Both the position numbers and the translations under genes were made by a program. Shown here piece after piece: positions 6,932-13,834 of a stretch of DNA of 32,000 nt; positions within the stretch are counted from its first letter, which is position 1, and every line of letters starts with the position of its first letter. Origin of the DNA: Thermococcus kodakarensis KOD1. GTDB lineage: Archaea > Methanobacteriota_B > Thermococci > Thermococcales > Thermococcaceae. Location: positions 930,001-962,000 of the forward strand of contig NC_006624.1 of NCBI RefSeq assembly GCF_000009965.1, given 5' to 3'. Below the pieces are notes generated by a model. That model made no database searches, was not told the origin of the DNA, and saw only the letters and a list, made by a program, of their open reading frames with translations.

Positions 6932-8749
6932 TCAGAGGAACTCGGCGATGCCGAGCTCTTCCGCTTTCTCCCTTGGGATCCTTCCGTCCTCTGTCCAGCC
7001 GCGCAGCTTGTAGTAGCGCGGCAGCATCTCCTTAAGCCTGACGACGTGGCCCTTGTTCGGCCCTTCGGGCATCGGCTCCTCAAGGAACCTCTTAGGCAGG
7101 GTCTCGTCCTTAGCAGGGTCTAGGCCCGCCTTGAGGTTGAATAGCCTTTCAGCGTTCCATATTCTCTCTCCAATCTTGAGGTAATCCTCAGTGGAGAAGT
7201 CCCAGCCGAGAGCGGCATTGAGCATGTCGCGGTAGTCGTCCGCTCCAAGGCCGAAGGTCGTGAAGAGACAGAGACCGGCGGCGTCAATGAGCGCACTGAG
7301 ATCCTGGAAGAGGATGAGCATTTTCACCTTCTCGTCGCTTATGTCGTGCGGGTCCATCTTGTATGGGTAGCCGAGGATCTCGGGGCTTATCATGTAGTTC
7401 TTGATGTGGCAGCCGCCGCGGTTGTTGGTGGCATAGCCGAGACCATGTCCTTCGGCTCCACGCGGGTCGTAGGCAGGAAGCTCAAGCTTCTTGACGCTCA
7501 TTGAGAACTCCGGGTGGCCGTACATCTCAGCGAAGCGGTAGCTTCCCTCTGCCAGCTTGTCACCGAGATCCTTCCTGTAGGCTATCTTCTCTATGTAGTA
7601 GTGAAGAACCTCGGTGTTGCCCCACCTGAAGGGCGGAGCGTCCCCAAGCTCATCGTCCGTGAGGTAGCCCTTCTCGTAGAGCTCCATAGCCGCTGCAAGC
7701 GTTCCACCAGTCGAGATAGTGTCAAGACCGAACTCGTCGCACTGGTGGTTGGCCTCTATGATGCTCGCGAGGTCGTTTATGCCGAGGTTGGCACCGAGCG
7801 CCCAGATGCTCTCGTACTCTGGCCCTTCCGTCACGCCGAGGGTCGGGAGCTTGTTAACCCTGCCACAACCGATCGGACAGGCGTAGCACGGCTGGTTCCT
7901 TATGAGGTACTTGGCAGTCATCGCCTCACCGCTCTGCTCATAGGCGTGCTCAAAGACACCGGTCTGGAAGTTTCTAGTTGGATAGAGGCCGTTCTCGTTG
8001 ATTATGTTGACCAGAACAGCCGTACCGTACTTCGGAAGTCCGCCTCCAGCAACGGGGTCATTCCTAAGCTTGTTGATTTTCTCCCTCACAACCAGCATGA
8101 ACTTCTGCTTGTCCGCTATTGGAACGCGCTTGCTTCCCTCAACGGCAATGGCCTTGAGCTTCTTGCTTCCCATAACGGCTCCAACGCCAGCCCTACCAGC
8201 GGCGCGGTGGCCGTCGTTCATAATAGCTGCGAACTTAACGAGGTTCTCACCGGCCGGGCCGATACTCGCTATGTGGAGCTTGTTGCTTCCAATCTCCTTC
8301 TTTATCGCAGCCTCAGTCTCGCTCACCACCTTGCCCCAGAGGTGGGAGGCATCGCGTATCTCAACGTGGTCATCCTTGATGTAAATGTAAACGGGCTTCT
8401 CGGACTGGCCCTCAACGACGATAGCATCCCAGCCAGCGAACTTAAGCTCCGCACCGAAGTATCCGCCAGAGTTCGCCATGGTTATGAAGCCCGTCTGCGG
8501 GCTCTTCGTAACGACGTTGTATCTGCCCCCAGTGGGGGCGCTCGTACCAGTTAGCGGGCCAGGGGTTATAATCAGCTTGTTCTCTGGCCCAAGCGGGTCT
8601 GCCTTCGGGTCCATCTCCTTCAGGAGGAGGTAGATGGCCAGACCCCTGCTCCCGAGCCACTTCTTGGCAAGCTCTTCACCGTACTCCTCAACTTTGACCT
8701 CTCCTGTGGAGAGGTTCACGCGCAGAAATCTTCCCCAGTTGCCGTACAT
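6932..8749 (-). CDS. aor: Tungsten-containing aldehyde:ferredoxin oxidoreductase
   Basis: MYGNWGRFLRVNLSTGEVKVEEYGEELAKKWLGSRGLAIYLLLKEMDP... matches my recollection of P. furiosus AOR almost residue for residue. Start ATG 8749 is preferred to the track's 8767. A TATA (TTATATA on the minus strand) sits at about 8783-8789. Confidence 0.95.
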   Translation of the reverse strand: MYGNWGRFLRVNLSTGEVKVEEYGEELAKKWLGSRGLAIYLLLKEMDPKADPLGPENKLIITPGPLTGTSAPTGGRYNVVTKSPQTGFITMANSGGYFGAELKFAGWDAIVVEGQSEKPVYIYIKDDHVEIRDASHLWGKVVSETEAAIKKEIGSNKLHIASIGPAGENLVKFAAIMNDGHRAAGRAGVGAVMGSKKLKAIAVEGSKRVPIADKQKFMLVVREKINKLRNDPVAGGGLPKYGTAVLVNIINENGLYPTRNFQTGVFEHAYEQSGEAMTAKYLIRNQPCYACPIGCGRVNKLPTLGVTEGPEYESIWALGANLGINDLASIIEANHQCDEFGLDTISTGGTLAAAMELYEKGYLTDDELGDAPPFRWGNTEVLHYYIEKIAYRKDLGDKLAEGSYRFAEMYGHPEFSMSVKKLELPAYDPRGAEGHGLGYATNNRGGCHIKNYMISPEILGYPYKMDPHDISDEKVKMLILFQDLSALIDAAGLCLFTTFGLGADDYRDMLNAALGWDFSTEDYLKIGERIWNAERLFNLKAGLDPAKDETLPKRFLEEPMPEGPNKGHVVRLKEMLPRYYKLRGWTEDGRIPREKAEELGIAEFL

Positions 8750-8898
8750 AAAAACACCTCGGAACATATAAGTACATCGAAGTATATAAGAGTTTAGGAA
8801 AACACAATTTGATACTTTCTTGGATGATGTAAAACGGATTAGTTATCCAAATTGCCAAGAGCAAAAATTTAAACGAGCCCCTGTGTAACAGAACCATA

Positions 8899-10137
8899 AT
8901 GACAGAGCTCTTCAACTCAAAACTCTGCGCCATATGCAAGGGCAGGAAGCTCCTCTGCGGGAGACCGACATGTCCGATACTAGAGCGGTTCAGGGTAGCC
9001 CAAAGCGTGGAGAAAAAACTCAACAAAAGACATCTCTTCGGCTCTTCTCCGCCGAGCATTTTCGTTGGGGAACATGGCTACCCAAAGGTCAGGATAGGGC
9101 CGCTTGTGCCGCCGATCGAGGGCAACACGAGCCATCTGGACAGCCCGCTCAAGTGGGAAAACAAAACGATAAAGGACATCCTCTACTACCGCTCCCTTCT
9201 GGTGATGGGGGAAACGAGGGCAGACGTCAGCGTCAGAAAGAGCGGAAGAGTTTTAGGCGAGATTCAAGAGCTGGCGATGAGCATAAGGCCAGTGGACAGC
9301 GAAGTTATCCTGAAAAGGAAGCCCGTCGTCAAGGTCGTTCCGAGCGAGTTCGCTCCGCCGCTCGGGCCGAGGGCAGAGCTCCTTGATTTTGAGCTAACGG
9401 AGAACCCAAAGATACCGCGCAGAACTGACTACGTTGTGGGTGACGAGCTAAAGGCCGAACAGGCCATAATGAGGCTCTACAACTGGGGCTTTGACGAGTA
9501 CTACATCATAAGGCTCCTCTCCGCTGGACTGCTTGGGATTGACAGAAAGCTGGTTCCAACGAGATGGAGCATCACAGCAGTTCAGGACACGATCGGGAAG
9601 AACCTGAGAAGGGAAATCCTGGGCTATCCAGAGATCAACTCCTACGAGGTGTACTTCCACGAGTTCCTCGGGAACCGCTATGCGGTCCTTTTGATGCCCC
9701 AAAGCTACGCCTTTGAGCTCCTTGAGGTCTGGCTGAAGGGCTCGCTCTTCGGGAGTGCCGAACCCCAAGTCATCCACGACTACGAGGACTTCAGGGGAAT
9801 CAAAGGTTATGCCAAGGAGACGACTGGAGCATACTACGCGGCCAGGCTTAGCGTTCTTGAACACCTGAGGAAGAGAAGGAGGCAGGCGAGGATAATCGTC
9901 TTCCGCGAGGTAACGCCAGCATACTACGCACCCGTCGGGGTGTGGCAGATAAGGGTGGGTGTTAAAAAGGCCCTTGAGAACCCAGTTGGAAGGTTTGAGA
10001 TACTCAACGAGGCCCTAGAGGCCGTGAGGAAGCTCCTCGAACACCCGCTTGAGAGGTACCTCCAAAGGAGCTACATCCTCGGCCACCTCGCGAAGCAGAA
10101 AACTTTAGACCAATGGCTGGGAAAGGTTTTAACGTGA
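8899..10137 (+). CDS. Nre-family (DUF650/DUF651) archaeal DNA-repair-associated protein with a C-terminal PIP box
   Basis: N-terminal Cys cluster CAICKGRKLLCGRPTCP, the conserved ...SPPSIFVGEHGYPKV... block, and the C-terminal QKTLDQWL. Confidence 0.7.
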   Translation: MTELFNSKLCAICKGRKLLCGRPTCPILERFRVAQSVEKKLNKRHLFGSSPPSIFVGEHGYPKVRIGPLVPPIEGNTSHLDSPLKWENKTIKDILYYRSLLVMGETRADVSVRKSGRVLGEIQELAMSIRPVDSEVILKRKPVVKVVPSEFAPPLGPRAELLDFELTENPKIPRRTDYVVGDELKAEQAIMRLYNWGFDEYYIIRLLSAGLLGIDRKLVPTRWSITAVQDTIGKNLRREILGYPEINSYEVYFHEFLGNRYAVLLMPQSYAFELLEVWLKGSLFGSAEPQVIHDYEDFRGIKGYAKETTGAYYAARLSVLEHLRKRRRQARIIVFREVTPAYYAPVGVWQIRVGVKKALENPVGRFEILNEALEAVRKLLEHPLERYLQRSYILGHLAKQKTLDQWLGKVLT

Positions 10138-10144
10138 TCACCCA

Positions 10145-10203
10145 ACCGGATGATGAGCCTTCCATCCCGCCGATCGATGAGGAGTGCACGTCAGTCTGAC
10201 GGT
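10145..10203 (+). ncRNA. Candidate C/D-box sRNA (2'-O-methylation guide)
   Basis: C box ATGATGA at 10150-10156, a 13-nt spacer, D' CCGA at 10170-10173, a 3-nt loop, C' ATGAGGA at 10177-10183, a 12-nt spacer, and D box CTGA at 10196-10199. The flanking ACCG (10145-10148) and CGGT (10200-10203) can pair. It lies in the 73-nt promoter-less gap after nre. Confidence 0.4.
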
Positions 10204-10210
10204 GGTGGAA

Positions 10211-10414
10211 ATGAGTGAAAGCCTCTCAAAGGTTATGGTGGAGATAATGAAGATCGAGAAGAAGCTGGAGGAAATAGAAAAGAAACTGGAAGAGCTAATC
10301 GAAGACAACGAGAGGTACGGCATCATGAAGCTTTCGGAGGAATCTCTGTGGGAGTTCCTTGAGTCTGAGCCAGATATTTACAGCGAGAACGACGTAAAGG
10401 TGAAGCTCAGATGA
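10211..10414 (+). CDS. Putative antitoxin (coiled-coil N-terminus), translationally coupled to the MazF-like toxin
   Basis: MSESLSKVMVEIMKIEKKLEEIEKKLEELIEDNERYGIMKLSEESLWEFLESEPDIYSENDVKVKLR. Its stop overlaps the mazF start (ATGA at 10411-10414). GGTGG lies upstream of ATG 10211. Confidence 0.6.
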   Translation: MSESLSKVMVEIMKIEKKLEEIEKKLEELIEDNERYGIMKLSEESLWEFLESEPDIYSENDVKVKLR

Positions 10415-10755
10415 ACTTAAAAGGCAAGTTTGTCCTTGTTCCATTTCCTTTTACTAACCTAAAGGCCACAAAACTTCGGCCAGCGTTGGTTCTTTATGAG
10501 GGCAAAGAAGATGTCGTCGTTGCCTTCGTTTCCTCTCGGATAGATACGTTTGATCCTGGCACCGATGTAAGGATAGAGACTTCCCACCCCCAATTTAGGG
10601 GTATCGGACTTAAAGTCCCTTCAATTATAAAGCTAACAAAGATCGCCACGCTTCACAAGGGTTTGTTAATTGGGGTTCTAGGTGAGTTGCCGGAGGATTT
10701 AGTTCAAGAAGTGAACTCAAAGCTGTGCTCCAATCTTAGGATAGGACGTGATTAA
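10411..10755 (+). CDS. mazF: PemK/MazF-family endoribonuclease toxin
   Basis: ...GKFVLVPFPFTNLKATKLRPALVLYEGKEDVVVAFVSSRID...GLKVPSIIKLTKIATLHKGLLIGVLGELP... follows the typical PemK/MazF pattern. Confidence 0.85.
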   Translation: MNLKGKFVLVPFPFTNLKATKLRPALVLYEGKEDVVVAFVSSRIDTFDPGTDVRIETSHPQFRGIGLKVPSIIKLTKIATLHKGLLIGVLGELPEDLVQEVNSKLCSNLRIGRD

Positions 10756-10756
10756 G

Positions 10757-10882
10757 ATGGACGAGAACATTAAAGAGCTCAAAAGAATGGCCGAAGAAGT
10801 GAGAAAGCTGAGGGAAGAGCTTGAGAGACTCAGTAAGACCCTTGAAAAGATCGAGAAAGCACAGAAGGAGGAGGAAGAGTGA
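10757..10882 (+). CDS. 41-aa coiled-coil micro-ORF (below the track's length cutoff)
   Basis: MDENIKELKRMAEEVRKLREELERLSKTLEKIEKAQKEEEE. It starts 1 nt after the mazF stop, and its TGA overlaps the GTG start of the next gene (GTGA at 10879-10882). Confidence 0.45.
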   Translation: MDENIKELKRMAEEVRKLREELERLSKTLEKIEKAQKEEEE

Positions 10883-12000
10883 GGAAAAAGCTCACCCTCA
10901 TAAGCCTCGACGGAAACGGAGTCTACAACCTCAAGCACATGCCCTTCCTAAGCGAGCTCGCCGAAAACGGGGAGTTTGCGGTCGTCGATTCAATATTCCC
11001 AACGCTGACAGATTTAGTCCACACGAGCGTCATGACCGGTGTATGGCCAAGGGATCACGGCGTCGTCGAGAACGGCTACTACGACAGGATAGCCGACAGG
11101 AAGGTGAACTTCTACGAATACGAGGTGGCTTTTAATCCCCATAAGGTCATCAAAGCCCCCACGATAGTTGACATCCTGAGGGGAAAAGGTGTTAGGACTG
11201 CGTCAGTTTCGGGCTACACGATGCCGCCCTTCAGTGGCACTGACGTTAGGATATTCCCGCCATTCTTCGCGAGCAACGAGATGTACAGGAAGCACGGGCG
11301 GGACTGGAGGAAGGACGTTTGGGTTCTCAACTCGGCGCTCTACCTCTACGAGGAGTGCAAACCGGACCTCCTGCTCGTTCACTTCGCCTCAATAGACGGA
11401 ATGCAGCACGATCACGGGCCTCTAAGCGAGGGGGCGATGAAGGCCGTCGAGACGGTAGATACGGCCGTGAGAACCCTCTGGGAGAGGCTGAAAGATGAGT
11501 ACGTCTTCATAATCTTCGCCGACCACGGGCAGGAAGAGGTGCACACGTGGGTGAACCTGAAGACATACCTTAAAGAGAGGGGGATTGACGTTCTGAGAGT
11601 CTCCTCTGGTGGAGGCGTCCACGTCTACCTCAAAGACCCCAATCAAAGCGAAGAAGCCTTCGAAGCCCTCAGACGGGCGCCTGGGGTCAAGGAAGTTTTC
11701 TTCAGGGAGGAGCTTCCGCACTTAGACAATCCAAACAGCGGCGAGCTCATAGTTTCGGCGAAGCCCGGCTACTGGTTTTGCTCTCACAGGATGTGCAGAG
11801 GGGTTAAAGGAGCGAGCCACTGGGTAAGAGGGATGCACGGCTCGATGAACGAGCCCGTGATGAAGGTTCCGCTCGTACTCTGGGGCTTTGAGAACGTTGA
11901 ACTTGATGAACCGAGCCTTATGGACATTGCACCTACGGTTCTGAAGTTCTTTGGGATTGAGAAGCCGATGAATATGGTTGGGAAGAGTTTGATAAGATGA
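10879..12000 (+). CDS. Alkaline-phosphatase-superfamily nucleotide pyrophosphatase/phosphodiesterase (NPP type)
   Basis: ISLDGNG metal-binding Asp; FPTLTDLVHTSVMTGVWPRDHGVVENGYYD (Thr nucleophile motif); HFASIDGMQHDHGP; FADHGQ. Confidence 0.85.
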   Translation: MRKKLTLISLDGNGVYNLKHMPFLSELAENGEFAVVDSIFPTLTDLVHTSVMTGVWPRDHGVVENGYYDRIADRKVNFYEYEVAFNPHKVIKAPTIVDILRGKGVRTASVSGYTMPPFSGTDVRIFPPFFASNEMYRKHGRDWRKDVWVLNSALYLYEECKPDLLLVHFASIDGMQHDHGPLSEGAMKAVETVDTAVRTLWERLKDEYVFIIFADHGQEEVHTWVNLKTYLKERGIDVLRVSSGGGVHVYLKDPNQSEEAFEALRRAPGVKEVFFREELPHLDNPNSGELIVSAKPGYWFCSHRMCRGVKGASHWVRGMHGSMNEPVMKVPLVLWGFENVELDEPSLMDIAPTVLKFFGIEKPMNMVGKSLIR

Positions 12001-12169
12001 AATTAACCCAGTCTCGTACTTTTTGCTGTTAGACTTTTCGATCATTTTCCTGCTCAAAGCGTTAAGATGACGTAAGATGCCATAACAATTGCATTGTTGA
12101 TGGTAAACTCCGACTAAGGGAGAAGGGTTATATATCGAGTGGGCCATAGGCTAAGTTGGAGGAAGCATT

Positions 12170-12583
12170 ATGGACATTTCAGAAGAGATTGAGAAACATA
12201 TCAAAATCGCAGAGGAAGAACTCTCCTCGGCATACCTCTTACTGGAAAACGGAAAGCTCAGAGATTCCATAAGCAGAGCATACTATTCAATGTTCCATGC
12301 TGCTAAAGCCCTACTTCTCCTGAAAGGAATTAACCCGCGGAAGCATTCTGGAGTTATCAGGATGTTTGGCCTTCACTTTGTTGATAGTGGTTTTATTGAA
12401 AGGCCTTATGCAAAATACCTTACCTACGCATTCTCGCTCAGATCAAAAGCTGACTACGATGTTTATTACGAACCAACTCACGAGGAAGCGGAAAACGTAG
12501 TTGAGACCGCCGAACGTTTCTTGGAGAGAATTAAAAGTGTTCTGGAGGAGATCAAAAATGGACAAGAAAGCCCAGGCCCTTAA
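12170..12583 (+). CDS. HEPN-domain protein (toxin partner of a HEPN/MNT module)
   Basis: ...ISRAYYSMFHAAKALLLLKGINPRKHSGVIRMFGLHFV...LRSKADYD... follows the classic HEPN (PF05168-like) pattern. TATA TTATATAT sits at about 12127-12134 and GGAGG at 12158-12162. Confidence 0.85.
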   Translation: MDISEEIEKHIKIAEEELSSAYLLLENGKLRDSISRAYYSMFHAAKALLLLKGINPRKHSGVIRMFGLHFVDSGFIERPYAKYLTYAFSLRSKADYDVYYEPTHEEAENVVETAERFLERIKSVLEEIKNGQESPGP

Positions 12584-12863
12584 CGAGTTTTTAAGGCTTT
12601 TAAAGGAACGATTTGGAAGCTCAATAGAGGAGGTCTTTCTATTCGGTTCCTATGCCAGGGGAGATTACGATGAGGAGAGCGACATTGATGTCCTGATAGT
12701 CGGGGAAATTGATTTTGACGAGGTGATTGAGCTGGTAACGGATGTGCTCCTCAGATACGGAGAACTAATAAGCCCAGTACTCCTCAAGCCGGATGAATTC
12801 AAAAAGAGAAACGACAGCTTTATAAAAACGGTAAAAGCCGAAGGTATACCTCTTGAGATTTAA
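12558..12863 (+). CDS. Minimal nucleotidyltransferase (MNT, pol-beta fold), partner of the HEPN protein
   Basis: ...VFLFGSYARGDYDEESDIDVLIV... carries GSxxRGx(n)SDIDV. ATG 12558 is preceded by GGAGGAG and overlaps the HEPN 3' end by 26 nt. The track's 12501 start is unlikely. Confidence 0.85.
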   Translation: MDKKAQALNEFLRLLKERFGSSIEEVFLFGSYARGDYDEESDIDVLIVGEIDFDEVIELVTDVLLRYGELISPVLLKPDEFKKRNDSFIKTVKAEGIPLEI

Positions 12864-13252
12864 CCAGTTCCCCCTCCAATATCCAAGTACGGCCCCCTCT
12901 TCATCCTCCTGAGCTGGCGGAAGTAGGCATCTTCCTCAAGCCACTCCTCTATCAGTTCATCGAGCTTCATCGTGAGAGATGTCGGCGTTGTCGTCGCGTA
13001 GATAACTCCCTTAAAGCCGAGGGACTTCATCTTTCCCAGCGCTTCCCTGACTTCATCGTTGCTTAAATCGTGCATGAGGAAGAACTTCCTCTCGTGCCAG
13101 TTCCCACTTCCTTTGAGCGAGTCCGCTTTCTCCACTATCTCCTTAAGAACCCAATCGCGGCAGTAGCTCGGTATCTCGTAGACGGGGACACCGTTAAAGG
13201 TCTCTCTGATTAGGTTTACCTCATCCTCAGAGAACCCTATCAGGAATATCAT
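12860..13252 (-). CDS. Small conserved protein, DUF3783-like
   Basis: MIFLIGFSEDEVNLIRETF...FFLMHDLSNDEVREALGKMKSLGFKGVIYATTTPTSLTMKLDELIEEWLEE resembles my recollection of the DUF3783 family. The assignment is from memory only. Confidence 0.45.
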   Translation of the reverse strand: MIFLIGFSEDEVNLIRETFNGVPVYEIPSYCRDWVLKEIVEKADSLKGSGNWHERKFFLMHDLSNDEVREALGKMKSLGFKGVIYATTTPTSLTMKLDELIEEWLEEDAYFRQLRRMKRGPYLDIGGGTG

Positions 13253-13302
13253 CTTACCACCAGTGGGACTCAGTTTTGAGACTTAAAAAGCGTTTGGAAA
13301 TG

Positions 13303-13491
13303 CTAAAGCCACTCTATCCTCACCTTGTCCTCGACAGTCTTAAACTCCTCATCGCCCGTTACCAAAGTGGCGTTGTAGAGCTCCAGCTTACCGTTCTCAG
13401 CTTCTTTGAACATGTCCCTGATCTTCTCTGCACCCCTTTCGTGAAGAAGATAGGCAAGGACAGCGTAGCTGTCGAGCACTACTCTCCCCAT
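13303..13491 (-). pseudogene. vapC: PIN-domain VapC toxin remnant with an in-frame internal deletion (62 aa)
   Basis: A PIN N-terminus (VVLDSYAVLAYLLHE...) is fused directly to a PIN C-terminus (NATLVTGDEEFKTVEDKV). Roughly 65 central residues are missing. It overlaps vapB by 13 nt, as intact vapBC pairs do. Confidence 0.6.
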
Positions 13492-13724
13492 TTTCTGGCC
13501 TCCAGTTCCCGTTCCTCCTCCCTCACTTCCCTCATGACATCCTTGAGGGGCTTGTCAAACTTTAGAATCCCCATAAGGTCAACGTTCTTTTTCACGGGCA
13601 CTATAACAATCTCATCGCCAAAGTCTAGCACCTCAACCTCGTCTCCCGGGTTGATGCCCAGCTTCTCGCGGATGGATTTGGGTAAAACTATCTGCCCTTT
13701 TGAGGAAACTTTTACAGTAACCAT
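13479..13724 (-). CDS. vapB: AbrB/SpoVT-family antitoxin VapB
   Basis: MVTVKVSSKGQIVLPKSIREKLGINPGDEVEV... is a swapped-hairpin AbrB-type DNA-binding domain. Confidence 0.85.
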   Translation of the reverse strand: MVTVKVSSKGQIVLPKSIREKLGINPGDEVEVLDFGDEIVIVPVKKNVDLMGILKFDKPLKDVMREVREEERELEARKWGE

Positions 13725-13749
13725 CTTACTTTCACCAGAATAGTTTTAC

Positions 13750-13777
13750 CTCTGGGCCATAAAAACATTTCCCAGAG
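13750..13777. promoter_or_regulatory. Inverted repeat CTCTGGG-N14-CCCAGAG bracketing the vapB TATA element (candidate autoregulatory operator)
   Basis: Read directly from the sequence. The 14-nt spacer contains the minus-strand TTTTTAT, and the repeat lies 26-53 nt upstream of vapB ATG 13724. Confidence 0.4.
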
Positions 13778-13834
13778 CGATAGGCTAGATGTAGAAAAGG
13801 CACAAACAAGGGGAGAAGAGAAAGCCTCCAGCCC

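Noticed and set aside
7514-8554. 346-aa plus-strand ORF (and 7998-8384)
   Set aside because: It is antisense to the well-supported aor gene, so it is a shadow ORF.
8819-8859. GATGATGT flanked by CTTGG...CCAAG, considered as a C/D sRNA
   Set aside because: The C box is imperfect, there is no CUGA D box before the 3' stem, and the element is only 41 nt. I kept it only as a possible protein-binding dyad.
11722-12147. 141-aa minus-strand ORF
   Set aside because: It overlaps the 3' end of the NPP gene in antisense and runs through the HEPN promoter. It has atypical composition and no motifs.
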